Positions 50,480 through 64,000 of a DNA stretch of 64,000 nt are shown here, piece after piece. Within the stretch, counting starts at the first letter, position 1. The number at the start of each line of letters is the position of its first letter. The translations under genes and the position numbers were made by a program. The notes beneath the pieces are model-generated. The model was not told the origin of the DNA, made no database searches, and saw nothing but the letters and a program-made list of their open reading frames with translations. Origin of the DNA: Takakia lepidozioides (lineage: Eukaryota > Plantae > Bryophyta); assembly GCA_030704615.1 (NCBI GenBank), contig CM060731.1, positions 61,504,001 to 61,568,000 of the forward strand. The letters are read 5' to 3'.

Positions 50480-51445
50480 CTAAGGGCCAGGCCGCACCTG
50501 CCAGGTTAAGGAGCCGAAGAGGTTAGTAACAGGGCTTTTTTTTTCATTTTGGCTAAGAAGCGTAGATGGCTACAAAATTTGAAGGCTAAGTGCAAAGGTG
50601 GCGATGACATAGATGCTTAGCTAAAAATGAACTGGCTACAGGCTATTTCATTTGCATGCAATATGGTGATTTGAGCCCACTCACAATCTGAAATCTAAAA
50701 TAATTAATCAAAGAAGTCCAAAGATGGCCAGCAAAACCATAGCGTCAATTTCAAATAGCAAGGGTCCAGGTCATGCTCCATGGCGAGCTCTCCACCGTTG
50801 ATCGCGTAATGGGGTGACAGCCGCTAGATGTAGGGCTGTGGGGAGCTTGTATTTCTGGCGCAACATGCATGTTCCCCTGGAGCTTTCTGGCACCAGCCCG
50901 CCCCTATTTTCTGGCGCATTTTTTGTTTTTTTTCCCAGGATTTTACATAGGGCTGTCGCAGCCCTTTGTTTTTTGTCGCTTTTAGGCTCCATTTCGCCTA
51001 AAAAAGAAGCGCTGGTTAGTAACAGGGCATTTTGGATGAGCGGGGCTACAGAAAACGGAAGTGCGTTGACCCCCAACCTCCTTTAACCTTACGTCGCACC
51101 TGCCGGCTATAGAGCCGGTGCGAAAAAGATTTCATCACTTCTGCGTTCATCCTTGGCCCACACTCTTTCTTGGGAACGCATAATAGAACCTTTCGTGCAC
51201 ATGAGGGGAACATACAGGATGCACTGCAGTGCTGTGTGGAGAACGCACCAATCGAGAACCTTGAGGGAACGAACGAATGTCGGGAATTGAAAACGCTGAT
51301 ATCCGTCGAAGGTTCTCCCAAACGGTAAACGTACAGTAGTTACCCCCCCCTTACACCCCCGTTTTGGGCTGTCGCCTAGGGTTAACCATGCCGGACAGGC
51401 CCCGACAGGGTTAGTAACAACTCCGCTATGTGCGGCCCTGGTTAA
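50480..51445. mobile_element. Probable non-autonomous DNA transposon
   Basis: GGCCGCAC near the left end and GTGCGGCC near the right end; motif GGTTAGTAACA recurs at ~50521, ~51015 and ~51409. Confidence 0.35.
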
Positions 51446-51506
51446 GGAAAATCTGGCGGGTAGTACACCATATTTGCTCCTTAACCCACCCCTTAGATTG
51501 TAAGAT

Positions 51507-51651
51507 CACCCCATGTCTCGGGTAACTCCTCCTCGTACACTTTATACTTAGCCAAATTTGGACTTAATGACCACTCTGGTTTGTGTCACCCCCCGTCTCG
51601 TGTAACTCCTCTTCGTACATTTTATACTTAGCCAAATGTGGACTTAATGAC
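51507..51651. repeat. Tandem duplication of ~80 bp
   Basis: TCACCCC..GTCTCG..TAACTCCTC..TTTATACTTAGCCAAAT.TGGACTTAATGAC occurs twice. Confidence 0.85.
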
Positions 51652-51887
51652 ACCCAAAATTTTGGACTTTAAAGACACCGGCTTGGGAGTTACCGAGAGT
51701 GGATTTACAACCCCCTTCCGTGTCACCCCTGTGCCACCCCAATTGGAGCTACACTCCCTTCAGTGTTACTCGATTCCATGTCACGCTTGAGAGGGTGTGG
51801 GGAATATTTGACATGCCAAAATCCGGCGTACTGTGCATTAAGTTCTTGTTTCATTCCTAGTGTTCTATGTGGAAAAGGGGATGAAAC

Positions 51888-52767
51888 CAGTGTTGTGCGG
51901 GTTCTGCCTTTCTAAGGAACCCGCCAGGTCCGGGTTTGGGTTTTTTCTTGGAGCCAAGTCCGGGTCCGGGTTTTTGAAATTTGGAAAATCCGGGTTCCGG
52001 TCCGGATTTGTCAACACGGGTTAGGGTCCGGGTAGTTGTTGGGAAATATTAGCGGGTTCACGGGTTCGGATCCGGGTCCTAATTGATTGATTAAATAAAT
52101 TAGGAAAATAAGATTAATTAGGATAAAATTATTTTTGGCTGGAAAAAACTTTAAATCCTAATAATGAATTTTATTTTAAGAGACATTCCTTCAAAATATG
52201 TCATGAATATGTATTGCTCATTTAACACAAGAATTAAAATAGAAGTTTGAGTTCCATTTTCTATTTTTCAATATCAATTCTTTAAACATGTTAAGAATAG
52301 TAATATGCCTCAAGGATAGATCACTATAGCATGGATGTGTGGAATCTGGCCTAATAATAATATAAGACGCCTCGTTTGGGAGGTGTAAATTATGATCCCA
52401 TAGGGCACAACTTTGTGACACCACGCCGTGGATTGAACCCGCAACCGCTTTTGAGGCGGTAAGTGGCCATTACCACTGGGCTATAACGTGGTGGGGTTGG
52501 CTGCTGCAGTGGCCTATTGCTGCTCGTCCCCTCCACACATATGACAAAACCTACCACATCCAAGGTGGACGCCGCATGCCCAAATTAAGACCCGGACCCT
52601 GACCAGCTACATTGGCCCGGGGCTAGCAGGTGTAAGGGGTTTTGGCCCCAGCAGGCGGGTCCGGTCCCGGGTTCATTTTAGAACTGAACCCGGGTCAGAG
52701 TCTGGGTTTTTTGTGATAGGCCAGGTCCGGGTAACCCGGATCCTAACCCGCCGGGGATGAAACCCTG
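51888..52767. mobile_element. hAT-like non-autonomous element containing a tRNA-like/SINE segment
   Basis: Dense CGGGT/ACCCG subterminal motifs at both ends; right end GGGGATGAAACCCTG; no TSD found. A-box/B-box segment at 52421-52491 on the minus strand. Confidence 0.5.
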
Positions 52768-53193
52768 AAATGAATTAAATAGGCTAACCAACACATGATT
52801 TTGGAAATGAGTCTGGACCAAGGTCAATCACATCCTCTTGATCATAAAACTCAGTACAATGCAAGAGTTCACAAAATCCAATTCATGAAGAGTGAAAGAC
52901 CATCTGCCTTCATATGCTAAGCCAAGCTCTCTCGCACTTCTGCAAATATCCATGATTGTTCAAATGCTTTACACAAGCTACCTAGTCTTGTCGGCCATCA
53001 ATAAAGGGGTTCTCTTGTTGAATCGATGTTTCAGGAATTTTCAGGGAGTTCCGTATGGCACTGCCTTTCAAACTTTGTTGTTGCATACATTGTCATGAGC
53101 TGAGAGTCCTTCATCAGTCATACAAAGTTGCCTTTAATATACACTTGGCCAAACATGTATCAAGGATTTGAAATAAGGCACTGGAATAGGATT

Positions 53194-56100
53194 TCAGGGC
53201 ATACGGGCATGATCCCATCCCTTGTAATAGAACATCTGGATCCATCCCCCAAGCCACCATGCAATCAGGGCACATACACCTGCCACAGCAACTGCCCCAA
53301 CACGGGGAGGTGAAGGAAGAAGAGCTGCTAAGCCTGTTAGGACAGCTGCCACGGTAAAGAGTATGGTCCTTGCCCTTTTGAAGTTTTCCAGAGCCTTGAG
53401 GCACACGACACATTGCTTTGTATGCTGCACTCACAAAGGTCACAAATTGTTTTACAAAATTAGTAACTGAAGGACTGCATACTCCCAAGCGGAATTTTGA
53501 CCTGTGTGCAGTTTATCTGTAGCATTTGCATTAACACCCCCCTGCTGCCCTCCTGCTGCAAGGCTAGAACGATGGTCTAGTGCAAATCTCTTGTGCGTCA
53601 AGAGATCTAGCGGAAGAGACTGAATGAAAATATTAAGTCCCTGGTTCATGAGAAAGACTTCATGTTTAGTATGGCCACGGGAATTGCTCAAAAGTGAAAG
53701 CTGAAACTAGGAATATACTTTCGGTTTCTTCACAGCATCTGATGAAGGAGGGTCTCAAGAATATACATAAAGGGCCTCCTACTCCTGGAAAAAGACCAAA
53801 GTTCATTGAAGAGCAGACAGATTTACTTTAAGAAGTTAACTACCACTGGCTTGATCTGTGGGCATGATGGTGATTCACAGCAGGACAAGTTTGACAAGTA
53901 AATACCTCCCTACCCAAGAAAACCAAAAAGGATAGCCCCCACTGTGCAACCAACCACCAGTAAAACGAATCTGTCTAATCCTGCTATATTTGCATCTGTC
54001 TCTTCATCTCATATAGACATTCACCCCAAGAAGCATACATTCGTCAGGTAGAGATAACATACTGAGTTATAACGGTCTAGGAGATCTTCCCGCTTTGTGA
54101 TTGCAGGAGGAAGGGCAGGGTTGATTTCTGCAGGCCAGTGAACTCCTTTGCCTGAAAAACGGCTCAGCCATTGACGAAAGGCACCCACATACCGATCGGC
54201 TGCAGTGGGCATGAAAAAGGCCTGGTTCCACTTATCAGTATGCCCATCTGTCTTTTCTGTCAAGTTTCGCTCCTGGTCAAACACACGACATAGAATTCAA
54301 GAGGGTGTTCAAGTTTCTTTGGCAAGGTAGTCCATGCATGACTACATGCTTCCAAGAGCAGACTTGCTTCTCCTTGTTTTATTTTGTACTTTGTTTTCCT
54401 GATCTCTCCATTCATATTTCATTCGCAGTCTCATCACAGCCGAGCAAGAAACCAAATGTCATTTTGCAGCTCTACGCCTGCACAATGGCAGCGCAACAAC
54501 ACCCTACAATCTCCTAGATTCATTGCAACCATCAAGGTCACCATCCTAGAAAGCCGGTACAAGACTGCATTCTCTTTGTTGCCACAATGCCTGGACTTCT
54601 GTGTGGATTTAGTTAATTGGCATTTTCTTCTTTGGATGTGTGACTAAGTCAAGGCTTTCCCCTGTTCACGCACAGCTGCAGGTCTGATTGTATGAATTCC
54701 TTTGGACTTGATGGTGATCAAAGAGTCATGCCCCTCTCCCCCCACAATGAGAGCGAAACAGAGATACGAAAGAGCATACCTGTTGGTGTAGGATCGCAAT
54801 ATCCCCATCAAGTAGATTCAGCATCAATTGATGGTCTAACCATCGCGGAAACAGCTGCCACCAGCAGGGTCCGCTTGACAATCCAATCATAAAATTGCGA
54901 GCATTAAGCACAATCATTCGTGACCTTCCTGGAGCTGCACCAAATTAACACTAAGAGATGCTCCTGTTAGGGACCCTAGCATTCCTGTGACCATAACAAT
55001 GGTACGGACTGAAAGAAAGGACAAAACAAAGAAACTTTATAATGTTCACAGGGATATATAGTTGAGGGATTAGCGAGAAAAATGCGGTATAGAATTGATG
55101 TGCCTGGAGAAACAACGTACAGATGGGAGTACAGTATGTCGTTGTTGCTCCAACAGCACCCTTTATACCCTTCAATTGAAATCTATAGCTGAACCGCGAT
55201 GGCGCTTCAAACGTATGAACAGAAGGAGCCCCTTGTGGTTTATTCAACTGGCCCGAAAAACCTTGAAGATCCAAACTTTTCACTTCCAAAGCCAAAGGAG
55301 CTGCATGATTGCGCTTCCCCACAACTCCTCCATTGACATTGTGGTGGGCGACAGGGACATGGGCTGGATCCACCAAATTCTCCATACCCGTGTCATATCC
55401 ATAGTTCACGTCTCGGAAAGTTGCCACCCCACACCATCCGGGTTCATCGATTCCTTAAGCAATGGACCCATTAAAGTCAACACAAGAAGAAACTTTCAGT
55501 TGCAACCCTACTTTTGGCACACCGATCGGTTCCCTACAAAACTGCCCATTGAATAAATCTGTCCTCCTGAAAATGGACCTCAGCTCCAAGACAAACCAAA
55601 ATCTTAAGAACATTTCATGCACAGTATGAGCAACTACCAAATATCCAGTGCATACAGGCAAATACTGAGAAACTACTATGCTCATGAAATACAGTCCACA
55701 CAGCAAACTATAAAATCCAAAAAGCAGGAACAGAATCCTCAGTGCCAAGGCTGCACAAATTGAAGAAGTGTTCAAGGCTTAAATTTGAAAATAAATTTTC
55801 TGCAATGAAACTTTGTCTGACATGAAGAGTAGGACTAACAAACTTTCCAGTGCGAGTAAACAAGTTTCCAACATAGGTTTCCTGGTTCAAAATAATTGAT
55901 TTCATATGTGCAAAATTTCACTACCTATGCCTTTGGCTCCTATACAAGAGGTGCAATCTCACAATCAAATTCTCAGGCTCCCAATAGCCCTCTGCCGATG
56001 TAGCTTTAGAACTACACATATGGTGGTATTACTTGTCTTAAATGCTCTTTATCCTTAGAAGACCAAAGACAATGGTGGTTGGAGGAGAATACCTGGAGTA

Positions 56101-58942
56101 ATAGGGGGTGGAGTTTTATCAGCCAGCTCATGCCCGAATTCATCAGGCCATACGAAGAGAATATCCTGCTTTACCACTGTCGGAAATGATACTGCTCGAG
56201 CCAGTTTGTTTTCTGGAAGACCAACAACCTGATTGCTCAGAATATCTCAGAAATATTCTTAAAACATCTTGGGCGGATGTATGCTTATATCAAAAAGTCA
56301 GCCTGAAGAGCAAGGGAGACAGACAATAATACAGTTTTTAACTCACTGGTAGCTTTGGCTTCAGGACCCTCGGCCTGGGCCTGTGGAATGTGCGCACATG
56401 AACCATCCCCCTTGAACGACCAGCCATGATAGCAGCACTGCAGACATCCTTGCTCATTGATTCTTCCTTCCGACAATGGGGCAAGTCGATGTGGACATAT
56501 GTCCAGGAACGTCTGCCACTTTGCAGCATCTTTGTCATACCATATCACAACTTTGCGGCCCAATATCTGCCCAAGGCAACGACAACAGCTTAGGATATTT
56601 AGTGTAGATGCAGCTGCGAAGTTTTCTTCATTGTGTATTGCTTGAGAGCGGAGGTGGGGAGGGCAATGGGAGTAGAAATCCACAGTCCTTCCACAGACAT
56701 GGAGGAATACCAGACTGACAAGTCCTGCAATAATGTCAGTAAAATCCCTTTCCTCAAAGCTAGTGCAGTGTGCAGATTTCAGCATCCATCCATGGGTGTA
56801 ACTTAATCTAACGAGACTTCCATGAGAACCTCAGCACCTTGTACGAGTGTCCACATTGTGACATTGGTCAATGTGTAGCTTGAAGCCCCAACCAATACCT
56901 ATACGAGAATTGAGCATGTAGCATTCACGACACGCACTTGTGATGCAGCAACTTTGAAAAGTTTATTGATATGTTTGTGTTTAGCACTTCCAACAGGTAG
57001 AGACTAAATGAAACTGCTGAGTCTGCTTGAGATAGCAATCTGGACTCATATCTACCTAGTTCCAAGAGGTGCCTATTACTATGCAAAAAGTATGGCATAC
57101 ACACATCAAATCCCATTCAAGTTTCATAACCAACCAGTTTGTCAGATCAATAGAGATGTGTTTGTTGTCTTTAGAATGGCCGTTTGTGGCATTAAGATTC
57201 CATGCTCTCTCAAGTGCCTATATTCCAAAACTCTGACCTGAAATGGATGTGGGATAGCCCGGTCAAGATCAATCTCCGGAAACACTGGGTACCAATTTGA
57301 CTTCCATTCAAAAGATGTCCCTCTATCCTCTTTGTCGGCCACAGTGGCTGTCCCCTGCTCTCCCAGCAATAAAAATCCACAGCTCTTGCACCATTTCAGT
57401 AGAGCACAACACATGAGCTCTTTCTCTCTTAGAAAGTTCCTTCTTATCTCTCACGGAGGTCTTCCACGAGGATCAGAAATGCTTGGCAGCTTACCTACAT
57501 AAAGCCCTGACTCTTAGACAATCCCTTGAGCACTAGTTGCCTTTGGGCTGCTTGTGGCGCCTCTCTCTTTCTTTTGTCTTACTTCCTCTTGTCCAATAAG
57601 CTCTTTGAGCTTTCCGCGGACGTTATAACCAATTCATTTCATTTTCTTTCCCTCAACACCAGGATTGAGCTGAAACGCTGAAGATAATGCCATCATGTAC
57701 ATCTTTGTATAACAGTGACCAGCTGCTATAAATTCCACTGGCTTCATCCGGTCATGACAAAAGGAGCAGACGGATCATAGGCACTTTGTGTGGATTGCAA
57801 TTAGAGAACCCGAACTCAGCAAGCATTTTCTTAATATACCCACTTTGTCATACATTTAGTCTGAAAGTAGGTAGTGTGCATTTATATGAAATAGGGTCTG
57901 GATAACAACCAACTACTTTGTGTTTGTCTGTGTGCTACTTCTATTTATTTCAGAAACAAAGACTGCAATCAACAAGGGTGTGGTCAAGAAGACCAAGAAG
58001 ACTATCCCAGGCAAAACTTAGAGAGGCAACGAAATAGAAGAACAGACGGTATAATTCTTGATAGAGAAAATACATTTGATTCTCCGGAAGGATTTGGCGA
58101 TTGTTCTGTAGCACCCACATCCGCCATGCGTGGCGATGCCACATAGGCAGCCCATCTCTTAGATGACCCACTATTACCTGAGGCGTGGGACATACATGGA
58201 ACTCCAGAAAACGACCAAGTGGATGGCCTGGCAGTTGAGGACGCTTGCACAAGGAGCCTTAATTTCCCTTCTTTCCTCACCCTCAAGGTTCTGCAAAAGC
58301 ACAAATGTGTAAACGAGAACAGTTGTGGACAATCACACAGCAATTGCTGGATAACGTACAATTTCAATTTTATGTTTGACAGTCGGAGACAAAAATGAAA
58401 GACAAGGTGAGCGAGGCTGAATTGAGCCAAAAGGAAGCTTATGTACATAATGAGTGGTAGGTCCAGGACAAGCCTGGGGAATTATGTTTGCCTAGGGCGT
58501 TTCCGGGGTCCTTTAACAGCAGTTTCCTTCTCTTCATTAGCCAAAATGGTTCACCACTGTGATGGAAATATCCAAACTGTAATCTGAGGAATTCATTGCG
58601 CCACAACCCATCCGGGCAGTAGTCGGAGTCTGATTGAAAGGTTTGTTCGAGGATCCAGGAGCTACATCTTGCACAGAATAGAGATTGAAAGACGGCGAGA
58701 TGCTCATAATCATGAGATCAGGCGGAAAAGAAGCAGCGAACGTATTTCCTCACTACCATTTGCAACTGTTCCACCAATGTTTATAAAATAAGAAGCATGG
58801 GACTCGTATGCTCCGAGAAGACCCACCTCAAGGACGTCAATCCTGGTGCGACACCCGAGTGAGTATCCAGGAATGGGAAATTTCGAAGCCCCAAAGGCTT
58901 CAGGCCAGGTCCCAGCTCCCAAACATTCAGTACCGTTTCCAT
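53194..58942 (-). CDS. Chloroplast Rieske non-heme oxygenase, pheophorbide a oxygenase (PAO)/PTC52 family
   Basis: FEWKSNWYPV; Rieske CPHRLAPLSEG..LQCCYHGWSF; LFVWPDE; mononuclear iron site ENLVDPAHVPVAHH; MPTAADRYVGAFRQWL; DRY..HTKQCVVC followed by two hydrophobic helices. ATG 58942 precedes a transit-peptide-like region; the 5' exons are less certain. Confidence 0.9.
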
Positions 58943-59879
58943 AGCGGACCAGTCTGAGCTAGGGGACAAGAAAGACAGCAAGAGAGAGTCTACCAGGAAG
59001 AGAAACTATAAACAAGCAGCAAAGAAGAGATCTGTGAAATCCTTCTCTGGATGTTGAGAGACAACTCTGAAGTTACGAAGCTGCCAGCGCGTGTCAGTCT
59101 ACAGAGTAGCATAGCGCCATATCACGACTCCCAAGCGAGCTGACTTGAGTTTTATTAAAATCCTTCACTATTGTTGGACAATTGCAAATCAAATAAGGGG
59201 GGTCCCAAATTCTGGCATGGGTTCTTTCTGAAGGTCAACGAAAGAAAGAAGAATGGAGCAGCCACTGGGATCAGACTGCAGGGGGTGCAGGAATGCCTCA
59301 TTTCTTGTCATCTGACTTCAGATACAAGCCCACACATCTACCTGCGACGAACAAAATAAATAAATAGAAAGGATGACGCCTCAAGCTCCAGAGTAACTGC
59401 GCAGGCTTGGAGTCTGTTGCACGCCTCCACACAAGGAAGTGCCGCCGCTCGAAGTTTTGGAGGCCGAGCAGTGGGGTCCACAGGGTTGCTGAACAAGTAG
59501 TAAGTGGCGTTGCAAGCAGTACAAAGTTGAGACGGCAATGGAATCTCGTTAGGCTAAACAGAAGGAAGGGGAAGGTCAGACCAAGGGGCATGAGTGAGGC
59601 AGCCACAACACGACAATTGGAGCCTTGAAGGCTCGCCACTCGCCCTCGCAGGGGGTTTGAGCCCAGCCAATGCACAGGATGTCTTATTAGGCCTAAGTTA
59701 ATTGAAATTTATCCCCAAGACTATTATATTATCGTTATGAAATTCACTATGAATATATATATATATGTATTACATTTCTTATCCTATATGTAAAATAAAA
59801 GGATAATGCCTCTTGAAGGAAACCCATATTATGTGTCTCTTCACTGATCCTCCTCTATGTATAATCTTTTAAAAAAATT

Positions 59880-60262
59880 ATGTATTAATATATTCCTATA
59901 ATTTATATCTCATCATACATATGAATGCTAATATGTTTAATTTATCTCTCATATTATACATATGAATTGTAACATTTAATTATATATCTTATAGTACTTC
60001 ATGGACAAATCAAATAATCTGTGTAAGTAAACTCTCTATCACTTTTCTGATTTTAGAATTCAATTAGAATATTTGAGTAGGTGGATGTCTCTCTCACGGA
60101 ACATTTGTATTTATCATTATACATATGAATGCTAACATATATATATATGTGATATCTCTTCTTAATAATAATATATTTTCTATATCCTAGATTACTTCAT
60201 GGACAAATAAAATAATCGGTGCATGTCTCTTGACCATTATACATATGAATGCTAATATACAT
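59880..60262. repeat. AT-rich degenerate repeat region
   Basis: ATACATATGAAT(GC/TG)TAA occurs four times; CTTCATGGACAAAT(C)AAATAATC occurs twice. Confidence 0.6.
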
Positions 60263-61112
60263 AAGTTGGCTATTAGAAATAATCTGATAGAAGATTTCTA
60301 GAGATGAGGAGGGAGCGATGGCCGAGCTGCGAGACGACCTCCAACGGTCATTGCGTCTCTATCCGTCACCACCTCTCGTTGTTATACTCTCCTCAATCCC
60401 ACAACCTAATCTTCACCAGCTTCCTTCCAAGTCTGGCTTTCTTTTGATATGCAAGCCGGGCATTTTTAGTGTTATTTCAAGCCCCATAATGTGAGGTGGA
60501 GGGACCCTCAACGGTCTCTTCGTCTCTCCACATTTCCATCCTTGTTAGCAGGGTAAGAATAGGTTGTCTGTATGTCTCGGTACGATTTTTGCATGCGCTG
60601 CGTTTTGAGCTTCATTTTAATAGGTGGTTTTCTCCAGTTAGAAGTTTCTTTCCTCAATTTCTTCATACACAATATATCCATTCAATGAATTGTTCATCCC
60701 TGTTAGTATCTGTGTCTCCATCAGGCGGCGCTCCATCAGCTGTCACCCATGACGAGTTGACGGCTAATTAAGAGACTGCTTGGTCGGCCTTACGCGGGAG
60801 CTGTCCCAACACTCTCTCCATTCTAGTTTTTGCACTCAGCTCAGGATCGTGTCCACGTCTCATCGTCTTCACGAGCCACTCAGATTCTCTTTGTTTAGCT
60901 CTCTCCATTGCTTTGTTCTCCACCTCGTCGCACTCTTCTTAATATGTAGCTCTGCACCAGCTCTCTCTTTTTCTAATACAACGTTCAGATCCACGGAGCC
61001 CAGCTCCTTCTCGTTCTTCAAAATCTCCTTCTTGCATTTCTAATTAAGTCCATCTTTCACCGTCCGTCTCAATTCATCAATCCATTTCCCCTCTGCAGCT
61101 CTTCGATCCCCT

Positions 61113-62301
61113 TCACTTCACAGCGCCCGAGTCCTTTACTCGCCATGGGGCCCAGTGGTAGCTAAGCACTCTGAATGCCTCTCTGCAATACTCATGCTTG
61201 GGCTTCGGAAGAGCCTTAGTTAAAGCATCACCTAGCATCTCATTAGTGCTACAGTAAACTAGTTCTATTTGACTAGTTTCTACTTTTTCTCTTATAAAGT
61301 AATATCTAAGTTCTATATGCTTTGACCGATCGTGAAACCTAGGATTCTTTGTCAAAGCTATACACGACTGATTATCACAACAGAAGACCGTAGCTTTTGA
61401 GCTTGGGAATCCAAGTCCACTAATTAACTGCCTAAGCCATATTGCCTCCTTAGTTGCATATGCAGCAGCCATATACGCTGCCTCGGTACTTGAGAGAGCT
61501 ATAGTGGCTTGTTTCTTGCTTTGCCACGATATCACTCCTCCATTCATGCAAAATATATAACCTGTGACAGAACGACGATTGTCTACATCTGCTGCCCAAT
61601 CAGCGTCACACCATCCTTGAATAGTGTTTGCTGGTGAAGTCTCAACTTGAATCCCGTATCTAAGTCCAAAAGTTATAGTGGCTTGAAGATACCTGAAAAG
61701 CCGCTTTATAGCAAGCCAATGTTGTTTTCCAGGATTTGCCATAAATTGTGAAACCTGACTTACAAGATTCGACATACAAGATGAATAAACACTGCCTCCC
61801 CTTCCGGTCCTTCGCTCTCAGAGGTTTTTGCCTTCTCTAACAAGGTCGGGTCGTGTACACACCATAATGTACATCAGGCTGGCCACAGCACTCGAATAAG
61901 GAATATCTACCATCTCCTCTTGCTCAGATTTACTTTCATGAATCATTTCTTTGGAAAGCTTACTTCCTGGTTCCATTGGTGTAGAGATAGCTTTACATAA
62001 TTCCATATTGAATTTCTTAAGTGTATTGAGATAAATGAATTATTCTTTTTTTTCTATCTCTAGATACTTGTATGCCGAGACAATACTCAATAGGACCATT
62101 ATCTGTCATCTCAAACTCACTTGACAACTCCGATTTTGTTGCTTTTAGAAACTTCAAATTGTTTCCAGCAATGATGTAGTTATCAACATACAACCCTAAC
62201 AATACAAAAGAAGCTCGATGGCGCTTAACATAGACATTCAAATCTGCTGGATTTTTAGCAAAACCAAATTTCAATAGATAAGAATCTATACCTGTTGGAC
62301 T
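61113..62301 (-). mobile_element. Ty1/copia retrotransposon remnant (RT-RNase H)
   Basis: LGLYVDNYII..FEMTDNG..YCLGIQV, PYSSAVASLMYIMVCTRPDL, GWCDADWAAD..RRSVTGY..ALSSTEAAY..CDNQSCI..HDRSKHIELRYYFIRE..DALTK; frameshifted and truncated at ~62301. Confidence 0.92.
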
Positions 62302-62906
62302 GTGTTTCGCGTGCTCACGATTTTTTTTTTCATTCCGTTTTTGAATGGGGCGTGTAATGACTCCATATGCAACATGCGTGCCAAATTTGGGAGCGAACAT
62401 AATTCATTTGGACCCAAAACCACAGTTTCTTCCCTGTTTTGCACTCTAAACTTGATTTGTGTTCTATTTCATGCACTCTTCATAGAGAGTTCTGTAATAG
62501 TGAACGAAGATAACACTTTTTTTTTGGGGTATTTTTGATTGGTCCAAATTTTGGCGCGGGAGTAGCGGTGGGGTGCTCGAAGCCGCAGAACAAAATTGAG
62601 CCAAAAACAAAATCAATACGTGCCAGAAACCCCCCAATGAAAGGCAGTGCAAACCTATTTATTGGCTTAAAATTAATTTGAATTCAATTAAATTCTGGAA
62701 TGGCTTGAGTGGTGAGCGCATCGATGGGGAGGCAAATGATTTATTCATCTAATGTGTCTCCGCACATATGTCACACACATGTTCAAGCACATGGGGGCAA
62801 CAGAGGGGCTTCAACCACATCTGTTCAATGGGTGCAATAGTCGTGCACGCATTACATGATTTCTTTTTCGCATTGAACAAAAACTAGATGACAAGTGAAC
62901 GCCTCA

Positions 62907-63285
62907 TTGGCCCATCGAACGAATTTCGATTGATCTCATATTACATTGGGACGTATCAGAGGGTACATTGAACACACTGGCCAAGTCTCAAAGCGAACGA
63001 AAATCATTTGGATGGGCAACCATCCGTTGGCCCATTGAACGGATTTTCATTGATCTTATATTACTTTGGGGCCTCCTACATGGCACATTGAACATAGTGG
63101 CCAAGTCTCAAAGCAAACCAAAATCATTTCGATGGCCAACCATCCGTTGAGCCATCGAATGAATTTCGATTGATCTCATATTAGTCCGGGACCTGATACA
63201 TGGTATGTTGAACATAATGGCAAAGATTGAAAGCAAACGAAAATTATTTGAATGGGCACCCATTCAATCGCCCATTGAATGAATG
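62907..63285. repeat. Tandem repeat, ~3.2 x 120 bp
   Basis: ATTGATCT(C/T)ATATTA starts at 62929, 63049 and 63169; the units also share GGCCAAGTCTCAAAGC and AAATCATTT. Confidence 0.9.
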
Positions 63286-64000
63286 GGGTTTCGTCTTCGA
63301 TTATGCTGGGACCTGTTACATGATATGCCCTTTGAAGCTTTTTTTGTAGTGTCTCCTGCTCCGTAATGCAATGCTTCTCCATGTCCACTTTATCCAATAT
63401 ATTGATGTTCTCCACCTGGAACAGATCCACACATGTGTGTAGAAATCTTAAATAAGCGAATGACCATCTCTTCTTTTATAAGCCTCATCCGCAACTTCCA
63501 GTTTTGATGGTCATTTGGGTTTTTAAGTATTTATATACGCATGTGTGGATATGTCGCGCACCTCACTTCGGTAAGCTCCCCTTCAAGTCATAGTTACTCG
63601 CTTTGATGCGCGCGCCTGACTCCCAACCTGGCCGCCCGGGCCAACTTGGAGCTTCGGCTGCTCACCGGGACATAATGGTCCCCCTTCGCTTCCCACTAAA
63701 CCCTCCACCTATTTGGGACTAGGAGAATTCCCTTTGGTAGATGGCAGTCCGGAACAGCTCCCCACTCTTTGGTCGCTTTCCGGCTCGCTCGCTTACTCAC
63801 TAGTTTTTGGTCACCAACGGGCTTGCACCGTTCTCGGGGTCACTACCCCTTATATATACTTCTGTAGCTGTCCACGGGGGTTTCACAACCAGCCATGCCG
63901 TTTTATGGCGAACCACCACGAAAACCCTCGACTCTCGGTGATGAGTCGCGGTGAGTCTTGGCCCACTCACCACGGCCCCTCTGGACCGTGATGAGTCCCA

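Noticed and set aside
60290-61110. Possible LTR of the copia element
   Set aside because: No second LTR in the window and no clear TG...CA boundaries or polypurine tract.

Overview
Nuclear genomic DNA of a land plant, probably a non-seed plant (spliceosomal introns, TTTAGGG repeats, a bryophyte-type MULE-like transposase fragment). Eight intron-containing genes can be reconstructed: tRNA-splicing endonuclease SEN2 (5'-partial), MED17, a greatly expanded JASON-like gene, an RNase H-like/RBR E3 ligase with a C-terminal CCCH finger and an apparent frameshift, F-box/LRR FBL14, an SDR (pterin aldehyde reductase-like), eIF3f and a PAO/PTC52-type Rieske oxygenase. The intergenic DNA is a mosaic of mobile elements. 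The most unusual items are: (i) a degenerate group II intron reverse transcriptase/maturase in the nucleus, head-to-head with MED17 and followed by an intron-retaining BiP fragment; (ii) a piggyBac transposase remnant and a related TTAA-bounded element carrying a different transposase fragment; (iii) a 54-bp-arm palindrome whose loop is (TTTAGGG)3, within a hairpin-rich cluster at 24.7-27.6 kb; (iv) an open LINE tail that does not look like plant L1 or RTE; (v) the RBR-CCCH domain fusion. Family assignments come from motif recognition by eye, with no database search.
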